Positions 1 through 11,800 of a DNA stretch of 64,000 nucleotides are shown here, piece after piece (the stretch's first letter is position 1; each line of letters opens with the position of its first letter). The notes beneath the pieces were generated by a model that saw only the letters and a list, made by a program, of their open reading frames with translations, was not told the origin of the DNA and searched no databases. A program made the translations under genes and the position numbers. The stretch covers positions 7,316,001 through 7,380,000 of the forward strand of contig OZ024746.1 of NCBI GenBank assembly GCA_964016885.1, read 5' to 3'. The DNA comes from Eledone cirrhosa (lineage: Eukaryota).

Positions 1-142
1 CTATGGCGTAGTTTTATTTCTTTAGCAAGGAATGAACTTACAGATTCAGAGGCACGTTTGTCACTAGGTGGTATTGTTATTGTGTAGATGTATACATATC
101 CAGCATTGGTACCTACCCACAGTGTAGGCTGATGAGATGTAC
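1..142 (-). CDS. lgl: Lgl exon, truncated by the window edge ([46 protein letters not shown])
   Basis: tttctcCAG acceptor, phase 1, PTLW-GTN-G and AKEI motifs. Confidence 0.92.
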
Positions 143-1200
143 CTGGAGAAAAACAAAACAAATATATTTTACTGTTTCAGAAAGTCTCTACAATGCAGTA
201 GAAATAAACAACACGTTGAAATACACTTTGTTTACTTTTGTCATTTGATCTTTCTATGTTTCTAAAAATATTTGTGCAGGTTAACAAGAGATACATTCAG
301 GCCTGAGGTAGTGAGGTCTGTTTAAAATATATTGCAGTCTCCTATTTAAAAAATAATTGGTTAACAGAAACAGTGGAATACTAGATTAAATAGTTCAGAA
401 TATTTAGTTTAAAATTCGAATTTTACAAAAATTGGCTTCAGTCAATAAAATAAATATCAGTAGGTGTGGTATGGTAGATATCACCCTCTCTCACAGGGGT
501 CTGTGTGTGGGTATGATAGATATCACCATCTCTCACAGGGTCTGTGTGGGTATGGTAGAAATCACCCTCTCTCACAGGGTCTGTGTGGGTATAGTAGATA
601 TCACCCTCTCTCACGGGGGTGTCTGTGTGGGTATAGTAGATATCACCCCAACTGTCACAGGGGTCTCTGTGTAGGTATAGTATGGTATAATATGATAGAT
701 AGTAGACTGAAATACAATTTAATGAAGTTACTTACTGTTGATTGCAAAGGTATCTGCAAAATACAAGAATCTCACTATTGAGGCCATGGAATCATCCAAA
801 CTTCTGGCTTCTACTTGCCGTTCCATTGGTTTAATCTCTGGAGATGATGACAAGGGAGAAGCACTAGCAGAAGCCCCTTCAGCTGGTGCTGTACCTTCAG
901 CTATTTCTCCACCCTCAATCTCACTATAAGCAACAAGTAGACAAAAATATAAAAATGATAGCTACCTCTTACTTTTCATTTCATCTGTTTTTTTAAATTT
1001 TGTGATTTATGTTGAAAATACAAACCAAAATACTATTTGTTAACATTTCAAAGCCAGAGAAACTGAAATACCTGAGTTTATTTGTTAAGTTATTAAAAAT
1101 ATTGAGAAAGTCAAGAGTTTATTTGTTTTATTTTAATTTTAATGATGAATATATTGAATACTTAACATTAGCACATTAACCCCCAAATATGCAGTTTCAG

Positions 1201-1244
<44 letters not shown>

Positions 1245-2328
1245 ATTAGAAAGCGAACAACACAAAATATAACTACTCCATTACCAAAGGTTTCTGGATC
1301 ACAGACAATAATAATATATACGTCTGGATCCTTCGTCAGATAGAGATGTATGTATTATTATCGTCTGTGATCCAGAAACCTTTGGTAATGGAGTAGTTAT
1401 ATTTTGTGTTGTTCGCTTTCTAATTAAATAGCTCTTTTCTATACATAGAGCACTCTTTTTTCCTTTGGAATTACGTCATACATACATATATATATATATA
1501 TATATAAATATATTGGTATCCCCTTGTTTATGGTGGGGCTGATAATGTTGTTAGAACTTAATGAAGCCTTGAATAAAATGTTTCAACGAGATCATGTGGT
1601 GAGAACTATTTTGTAGTAGGTTCTCAACACATAAGGTGTGTGTGTATATTATATATATATATATATCCACTTGTTTATGGTGGTGCCGATAACATTTGTA
1701 GTAGGTTCTCATCACATAAGGCTCCATTGAAGATTCTATTTATATATCAAACTATTAAGGTTTTCAATTTATTATCGGCTTTACTGTAACCAAGGTACAT
1801 TCCATACTTTTCTCGGTTTCAGTTTTGCTGAGTGACAGAAAACTACTTTTGGAATGATTTACAGAACATTCTAATCCAAAGGTCATTCTAAAACTAAATC
1901 CACAAACAGTCAGGGACATACTGGTAAGAACTCTCTAGAGAGCTGGACAGCAGGTCTTCAGAGAAGAAGACCCTCCCCCCTTCAAGCAAGGGTTTCGTCC
2001 CTTACTACCACTGAGGGATCAATCTGTATTGCACCAATGAACAAATAAGGTATTCAACAGTTTTCTCCACTGTATATTAAGACACAAAAGAAACACTGGA
2101 CAGTAAGAAATATCAAAGTTGCCAACTCCAAAGTTTGCAGGATAAAACATGTCTAATATTACAATTGTTTGATGAAATAATTTGTTGATAATTATTAAAT
2201 TATTAACATTGCACTCAACATTTAACTCATTAGCTACATATTTAGTATCATTATTGTTTTTATACCCACTTTTCCATGCTACCATGGATTAGACAGGTTC
2301 TCCCATTTGAAGCTAGTCAGAACTGTCT

Positions 2329-2391
<63 letters not shown>

Positions 2392-2615
2392 CTTAACACT
2401 ATAACTAATAAAATAATTATAAACATCTCACTATCCAGACAGCTTCCAAAAATAATGGTTGCATCTAATAGGGTACGTCAAAATTATTTATAAAACTGTT
2501 TATATATTGTATTTTATCTGATGAAGGCATACCATATTTTAATTTGGTATCCCTGAAATATGTATAGTGAAATAAATATGGTTTTATAAATATAGTTTCC
2601 ATTTATTTAATATCG

Positions 2616-2646
<31 letters not shown>

Positions 2647-5600
2647 AATATATCTGAAACATCACAAAATATACATTCAATAAATAATAATTTAAAACAT
2701 CAGCCACTCCAACAAATCATAATGAAAATCCACCATTGGAACAATATTTGTCTCAACAGAGATACTAATAGGCACCCCTCAGTCACAAATGACCATGGTT
2801 TTGTACCTAGAAAGTTCCTCTCTGAGGCACAAGTCTTGGCAAGGTTTGTTTATGGAAGACAGCAGTCGGCCATACATACCAGTCTCCCCTCTACACACCA
2901 CCGATGTTGTCCAAGAGAAAGGCAATGGTTGATACAACTTGGTACCAGTGACATCGCAACCCTATATACACATTATATACACACTATATGAACTATATAT
3001 ATATACACTACGTATGATGTTGTCCAAAGGAAAGGCAATGGCTGATACAACTTGGTACCAGTGACATCACAACTAATTTCTATAGCTGAGTAAACTGGAA
3101 GAACATGAAATAAAGTGTCTTGCTTAATGACACAATGCATTACCTGGTCTGAGATTCGAACTCACAACCTTATGATTGTGAACTCAATGCTCTAACTACT
3201 AATCCATGAACCTTCACACACAGAGCTACTACTATTACCACCACCACCACCACCACCACCACTACCACTACCACTACCACTGCCACCACCACCACTACCA
3301 CTACTGCCACCACCACTACCACTATCACTACTACAACTGACATACACTGCTAAAAGGATTATGAAGATTATGATTAGTTATCTGATTAAAATAAATACAT
3401 AAGTAGTTATTCTAACTAGATTTTCTGTAGATCTCTAAAGGTAAGAAGAAGCATTATTTCTTGTGTTAAACCTAGCAGTAAATCATGCTAAAATTTACAT
3501 ATATTAACATAAGATGAGGAGAATTAAAATAATTCACAAAATATTGTCAACATGATTAAACCATGCTAACAGTAACAAATTAGGAAAATTGGTTTGTCTA
3601 CTAATAATTAGCATAGCATAATTAACCACACATATGAAATATTTTGACATTTACTTCAGTAACAAACTTCTCCGAATTGAGAGATCCCAGCTCCAATACT
3701 ATGGACATGTGGTTAGTCTCAGGAAAGAATCTCTGGACAGATTTTACGGGCAAAAACCAGGCAGAGCTTGAACAAGATGGTTGGATAACATCCATGAGTT
3801 TGGCTGATCTCGCTTGGGGATCCAGCTGGTGGCTTCTGACAGGACTCGCTGGAAGGAGTGTTTGAGGTCCCTGCCTCCCAACGACCCTCAGGAATATGAA
3901 GGCAAAGAAGAACAGCAAAAACAAATTTGCATAGAAAATGTTATCCTGTCCAGCCATGAAAAGCCTACCAAACAAAGGGGCTGAGAGAACCCCTCCAGTC
4001 ATGAACATCACAAATTATGTTTAGATATTCTCTACTTGGTAAAATATGGAATTAATTTAATGTTACATAATATTTGGTGTAACATTAGATATGAGTTGGA
4101 GGCTGTCTAGATAGATAGATAGCCTCTTTAGAGCACCAATACCCCCCCCCCCCCTTCATGACACCAAGAACCAATGAAATATTCAAATATTCAAATTAAA
4201 TAAATCAACAATGTTCTCATATTTTGAAGGAAAAAGACCCCCGTTTTTATTAAAAACCTGATAATTCTCAAAATGAATAAAACAACAAATTTATTTTAAA
4301 CAAAAGAATGAAACATTTTATAACAGAAAATGTTTGAAAAATTAAACAAAAGTTAATTTGGTTATAAATGGGATAATAATAAAATTGGGGTTTTAATGGG
4401 ATAATTGAACTTTATAACTGAACAGTAACATTTGAACATGAAAGAACAGTTTAAAAAAAACCCAATAAACCTAGCTGTGGTGTTTACAGGTAACCTAGCT
4501 GTAGTGTTTACAGATAACTTAGCTGTGGTGTTTACAGGTAACCTAGCTGTAGTATTTACAGGTAACCTAGCTGTAGTATTTACAGATAACCTAGCTGTGG
4601 TGTTTACAGGTAACCTAGCTGTGGTGTTTACAGGTAACCTAGCTGTGGTGTTTACAAGTAACCTAGCTGTGGTGTTTACAGATAACCTAGCTGTGGTGTT
4701 TACAGATAACCTAGCTGTAGTGTTTACAGGTAACCTAGCTGTGGTGTTTACAGATAACCTAGCTGTGGTGTTTACAAGTAACCTAGCTGTGGTGTTTACA
4801 GATAACCTAGCTGTGGTGTTTACAAGTAACCTAGCTGTGGTGTTTACAGATAACCTAGCTGTGGTGCTTACAGATAACCTAGCTGTGGTGCTTACAGGTA
4901 ACCTAGCTGTAGTGTTTAGAGATAACCTAGCTGTGGTGCTTACAGGTAACCTAGCTGTGGTGTTTACAGGTAACCTAGCTGTAGTGTTTACAGATAACCT
5001 AGCTGTAGTGTTTACAGATAACCTAGCTGTGGTGTTTACAATAAACCTAGCTGTAGTGTTTACAGGTAACCTAGCTGTGGTGTTTACAGATAACCTAGCT
5101 GTGGTGTTTACAGATAACCTAGCTGTGGTGTTTACAGGTAACCTAGCTGTAGTGTTTACAGGTAACCTAGCTGTGGTGTTTACAATAAACCTAGCTGTAG
5201 TGTTTACAGGTAACCTAGCTGTGGTGTTTACAGATAACCTAGCTGTGGTGTTTACAGATAACCTAGCTGTGGTGTTTACAGGTAACCTAGCTGTAGTGTT
5301 TACAGGTAACCTAGCTGTGGTGTTTACAATAAACCTAGCTGTGGTGTTTACAGGTAACCTAGCTGTGGTGTTTACAGGTAACCTAGCTGTGGTGTTTAGA
5401 GATAACCTAGCTGTGGTGTTTAGAGATAACCTAGCTGTGGTGTTTACAATAAACCTAGCTGTAGTGTTTACAGGTAACCTAGCTGTGGTGTTTACAGATA
5501 ACCTAGCTGTGGTGTTTACAGATAACCTAGCTGTAGTGTTTACAGATAACCTAGCTGTGGTGTTTACAAGTAACCTAGCTGTGGTGTTTACAGATAACCT

Positions 5601-8600
5601 AGCTGTAGTATTTACAGATAACCTAGCTGTGGTGTTTACAGATAACCTAGCTGTGGTGTTTACAGATAACCTAGCTGTGGTGTTTACAGGTAACCTAGCT
5701 GTGGTGTTTACAGATAACCTAGCTGTGGTGTTTACAGGTAACCTAGCTGTGGTGTTTACAGATAACCTAGCTGTGGTGTTTACAGATAACCTAGCTGTAG
5801 TGTTTACAGATAACCTAGCTGTGGTGTTTACAAGTAACCTAGCTGTGGTGTTTACAGATAACCTAGCTGTGGTGTTTACAGATAACCTAGCTGTGGTGTT
5901 TACAGGTAACCTAGCTGTGGTGTTTACAGATAACCTAGCTGTAGTATTTACAGATAACCTAGCTGTGGTGTTTACAGGTAACCTAGCTGTGGTGTTTACA
6001 GGTAACCTAGCTGTGGTGTTTACAGGTAACCTAGCTGTGGTGTTTACAGATAACCTAGCTGTAGTATTTACAGATAACCTAGCTGTGGTGTTTACAGGTA
6101 ACCTAGCTGTGGTGTTTACAGATAACCTAGCTGTAGTATTTACAGATAACCTAGCTGTGGTGTTTACAGGTAACCTAGCTGTGGTGTTTACAGGTAACCT
6201 AGCTGTGGTGTTTACAGGTAACCTAGCTGTGGTGTTTACAGATAACCTAGCTGTAGTATTTACAGATAACCTAGCTGTGGTGTTTACAGGTAACCTAGCT
6301 GTGGTGTTTACAGATAACCTAGCTGTAGTATTTACAGATAACCTAGCTGTGGTGTTTACAAGTAACCTAGCTGTGGTGTTTACAGATAACCTAGCTGTGG
6401 TGTTTACAGGTAACCTAGCTGTGGTGTTTACAGGTAACCTAGCTGTGGTGTTTACAGGTAACCTAGCTGTGGTGTTTACAGGTAACCTAGCTGTGGTGCT
6501 TACAGGTAACCTAGCTGTGGTGTTTACAGGTAACCTAGCTGTGGTGTTTACAGGTAACCTAGCTGTGGTGTTTACAGGTAACCTAGCTGTGGTGCTTACA
6601 GGTAACCTAGCTGTGGTGTTTACAGGTAACCTAGCTGTAGTGTTTACAGGTAACCTAGCTGTGGTGTTTACAATAAACCTAGCTGTGGTGTTTACAGGTA
6701 ACCTAGCTGTGGTGTTTACAAGTAACCTAGCTGTGGTGTTTACAGATAACCTAGCTGTAGTGTTTACAGATAACCTAGCTGTGGTGTTTACAAGTAACCT
6801 AGCTGTGGTGTTTACAGATAACCTAGCTGTGGTGTTTACAGATAACCTAGCTGTGGTGTTTACAGATAACCTAGCTGTGGTGTTTACAGATAACCTAGCT
6901 GTGGTGTTTACAGATAACCTAGCTGTGGTGTTTACAGATAACCTAGCTGTAGTGTTTACAGGTAACCTAGCTGTGGTGTTTACAGGTAACCTAGCTGTAG
7001 TGTTTACAGGTAACCTAGCTGTGGTGTTTACAGATAACCTAGCTGTAGTGTTTACAGATAACCTAGCTGTGGTGTTTACAGGTAACCTAGCTGTGGTGTT
7101 TACAGATAACCTAGCTGTGGTGTTTACAGGTAACCTAGCTGTGGTGTTTACAGATAACCTAGCTGTGGTGTTTACAGATAACCTAGCTGTGGTGTTTACA
7201 GATAACCTAGCTGTGGTGTTTACAGATAACCTAGCTGTGGTGTTTACAGATAACCTAGCTGTGGTGTTTACAGATAACCTAGCTGTAGTGTTTACAGGTA
7301 ACCTAGCTGTAGTGTTTACAGGTAACCTAGCTGTGGTGTTTACAGGTAACCTAGCTGTAGTGTTTACAGGTAACCTAGCTGTAGTGTTTACAGGTAACCT
7401 AGCTGTGGTGTTTACAGATAACCTAGCTGTGGTGTTTACAGATAACCTAGCTGTGGTGTTTACAGATAACCAGAAGTGGTCAGAGGCTAGAAGCTGTTAA
7501 CTAGTTTTACTTCAATAAAATGTCAATCTAATATAATTGTATGACCTGGTCTAGGGTTTATCAAAAGCTCCCTGTGAGAGATAAGGATTGTAAAGAAATG
7601 TATTGCCATGCTCTGGCATATTTCGGGGGGTGAAGCTACAGCCACCCCAAAAACTATTGTTGGAAAATTTTTAGATTTTCAAAGAATATTGTATACTTTA
7701 CTTGTTTATTTTAATTACACAAACTATAATAAAATATGTGCAATACAATATTGAATAAAGATGTAATAATGATTGGTGTGCAGAAAAATATTATTTGTCA
7801 GAAAATTATGAACATTTTCACCTGAAAAATGATAGGAGTACACTTATGTTGCCATGGTATCATAGTAGTACACTTATGTTGCCATGGTATTACAGCAATA
7901 CACATGTTGCTATGGTATCACAGCAACAAAGGTTCTCATTAAACCTTGCAATTATGACAATTATCAATTATGCTAAGTTTGTAACCCTTGTCTGTTCCAC
8001 ACAACTGATATTCCATAAAGTTGGAGGGGGAGGGGGTTATATTGAGACCCAAATAAAACATCAATAATAGGATAATTTGTGTAAAACCACAAAAATTATT
8101 AATTCCCACCACCATTTTCTTCATGGGGCTGGTTCAGCAAACTTAATTGGGGCATTATGAGATATACAGACACAACATTTCAAAGTTATATTAATTATGT
8201 TAAGTTGATGGGAAGACAGTAATAATTGTTTCTACTTTAGGCACAAGGCCAGCAATTATGGGAGAGGAAGGGAAGTCAATTAAATCGACCCCAGTACATT
8301 ACTGGTACTTTATTTTATTAACCCCGTAAAGATGAAAGGCAAAGCTAACCTCGGCGAGATTTGGACTCATAACGTAAAGGGCCGTAACTCTATGCCACAA
8401 AGCATGTTGTCCGATACCCAATCGATACTGCCACTCGACCACCCTTATATAATAATAAAGACTTAGTTATTTTATGACATGTTTAAATTTTTTATTGAAA
8501 TAAAATACTGTTACAACACAAAACTGTCAGTGCTACTACTACTACTACTACTACTACTGGTGGTGGTGGTGGTACTACTAACAGAAATAACTAGTTATAG

Positions 8601-8774
8601 AGGGAATACAGTTGCTGAAGTGTGCTGGAAATATATATATATATATATATTATATTATATTTAGAGTTATAAACTCAAGCAGTCCTTTACAATTAATTAG
8701 CTCAAAGAAAGAAGCATTTCTGAGCCGTGAAATACAATATAAATTAATATACGGTTATTACCAATATGGGTTTG

Positions 8775-8853
<79 letters not shown>

Positions 8854-11800
8854 ATGTGTGTGTGTGTATAGATCCCAAGTGAGATCAGGGGTAAACTTAG
8901 TTAAAAAATAATACATTAGTAAAGTGTAAACATCATCATTTAATATAGAAATGGCTTTTACAGAACTGTTTCATTCATATGAAATCATCAGGAATACCCT
9001 GATGATTTCATACAAATGAAACAGTTCTAGTCCTGTAGAAGCCATTTCTATATTAATGTTATATACATTATATATATATATATATATTCATGGTATAGCA
9101 AGGGAAGAGTGGTTTCACCAGTGCTATAATATGATGCACAAAGATGTAAAATTAGTATTAAACTATTTAATGATCATTAATGAAGACAAATTATGTTGTT
9201 TCTAAACACTACAGTAATTATTTATTATCAAAATTTAATCTATATATATATAAAACTGAGGATGTCTGTCTGTGTGTGCGTGAGTTTGAATCCCTAAAAC
9301 TCGAGAAGCATCCAACCGACTGTTTTCAAACTTTACACATGTAATACTTATGTTTCAGGGAGTGTTCTGAGCAAAAAAAAAATCTCAAATTTTCAATGCC
9401 CTCGGGACCGCATTAGGCGATTTAGCGATATCTCTCTATAATTCTTAGTCTTTCTCTTTTTAGCTAGATACATACATATAACGTCGCGCCCTTATAATAT
9501 CTGTCTATGTCTGGCTGTCTACATTACATCACTTCCCACAATTCCATATGTGTCCAGAACGCGCCCTTATAATATCTGTCTGTATGTCTGACTGTCTGCT
9601 GCCTCCGGTTATTCTGCCACCCTTGCTCAAGACAAATCTCACAATTGTTGATGGTTACCCCTCCTTACACGGCCCTTTTAAGTGCCCTTGAAATAGCTGA
9701 TGGCGACCCTTTCATTTAGGGCTGCCAGTGAATGCGCACACGCCTCGGGGCCCATTTTATTGTACCATTCTTCTTTAAATTTGTTAAATTATACCCACAG
9801 TTTGGTAAATGTTTGTCCAGCTGCATTTACTTACTAAAGTGCGGTGGACTCCTTCGAGAAGGCTCCACATGCTGTTCGATTGGACGTCATGCCTTGCTCA
9901 AGCATTGTAGACTTCCCTCTGACATAAGTGGTGACATCTGTCCTGCTGACTCATGCCACTTTATTAAAGTACAAAAGCACCAAGCCGATTTTCTCCACGT
10001 GGAAGGAGAAGCATACCTAATACTAATTGTATCAGAGTATTCGGTTTATTTTCTTTACATATTGTCCAGGCATGCAGTTTTCCCACAATTAGGTCTGTTG
10101 GCGGCCTGCATTATGTTTCAGGGAGTGTTATGCATATAAAAAATTCAACTTTTTGATCTTCCTCTTTCAAACTTTTCTATATTTCACCTGTCACCCACCT
10201 CAAGAATTGTCTTTCTGATGGCCACTGACCACTGGTCTCTTTCTTCTGAAGCACATTTGCCCATTACTGTCATTGGCTTGTTCTAGAGTTTTCTCATTTT
10301 TCTATGACTACAACAATTTAACAATGTACTGGTGTTTACCATAATAACTGCCGAATACAGTAAATGTCCATAGTCGACACTTAATCTACAGCAACACAAA
10401 CATTTTAAGGCCATTTTCCTAATCCAGAGGTCAGCCTTGTGGGTCTCATGATAATCTTATCCATTTTACCCTCACCAACCCCTGGGCTTTCTTACTCCAT
10501 CTTTTTGCCATGTCTTTCCTTCCATCACTCCTCTTACCTGGTCACTTTTATCTTTCCTCAACACATGACCCAACCATCTCATTCCATTTCTTTTCACTGC
10601 CTCTATACACATTGTTCTCTCAGTCATACTTCACATATCCACCAGACCATTCTCATTTCCGTTTATTTCCAGCCTTTCTACTACTCCATGTTCATCACCC
10701 ATGCCTGGCTCCCATAAATACTAAATATGATGTCAACAATTTTAATTCATGTAATGTATCTTGACAATAACAAATCTAATAAGAGTTCTACACGTTTCTG
10801 ACTATCAAAATCTGATGACCTCTGGAATGAGGATCAATAAGACCAGAACTACCCTCACATTGCATGCAATAAATATACCAAAACAATAATCTTTGGTTCC
10901 GACCATCTAAAGTCTAAAGAGGTATTTGTAAGTAATAATTCATTGAGTTTTGTTAAGTAAACAATCATTAATATATATCTAACGTGAATATTAATAGCAT
11001 GCAACTAAAAACAGGCATTATTTTAAAATTCTGGAATATGGTTGACAAGCAATTAAAAATAAATAAAACAATAAAAAATTGAGGTAATTGTTTCAAGTTA
11101 GTAAAGCTTTGGGGGGAGAGGGAGAACTGTACATACCAATTCATTCGTTTATTTCGCCTGGCCCTGGAAAAATATTTTAGCATAATAAAGATTGCAACAA
11201 CACAGAAAGCCACATGTTCTCCAAACATGCTTAAGCACCATTTTAGTTCAAATATACATTTTTTCATAAGAATGAAACAAAAATAAATGGCAACAACAAC
11301 AATAATAAAACCAAGATGCAGTAAAAAAAAAATTATATCACAATATCACAGACAATCCAAGTCAGATGTTTAATTTGTGGAAGATTAATTAATGGGTTTT
11401 TTTTTTTAAAATTAAGCAAACATAATATTTTATGGCTAGAATTAAAATCAATATTGATAGTACATGATATTGAACTCTTATTGTTTGATGCCAACTATAC
11501 AAATATCAAAAAACCAGATATTCTGAGGTAAATATCAACAGTAATATATTACTGTGGAGGCACGTGGCCTAGTGGTCAGGGTGCTGGACTTACAATCAGA
11601 ATGTCATGGGTTCGATTCCTGGGCTGTGTTGTGTTCTTGAGCAAAAGACTTCATCTCAGGTTGTTCCAGTATACTCAGCTGAAAATGAGTACCAGCAATA
11701 GCTGGGGGTTTAACCCTGTGATGGACTGGTGTCCTGTCCAGAGGGAAGTCTTGTATTCTCAGTCACTTCACGCCACAAACTGTGATAAGCACCGACCTGA

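Noticed and set aside
1808-1827. 20-nt AG/GT-bounded segment on the minus strand
   Set aside because: Not frame-preserving with the flanking phase-2 exons.
1922-2023. 102-nt exon-like island (tacAG...GTATGT) on the minus strand
   Set aside because: Every acceptor/frame combination I tried contains stops. It could only be a poison exon, and I have no further support.
4432-7500. 1022-aa ORF (NLAVVFTG/D)n
   Set aside because: It is a 24-bp tandem repeat whose unit is a multiple of 3 and lacks a stop in one frame. It is intronic, antisense to Lgl, and has no evidence of being a gene.
11556-11630. tRNA gene
   Set aside because: A and B boxes are present, but it runs into a SINE body with no proper acceptor stem or terminator.
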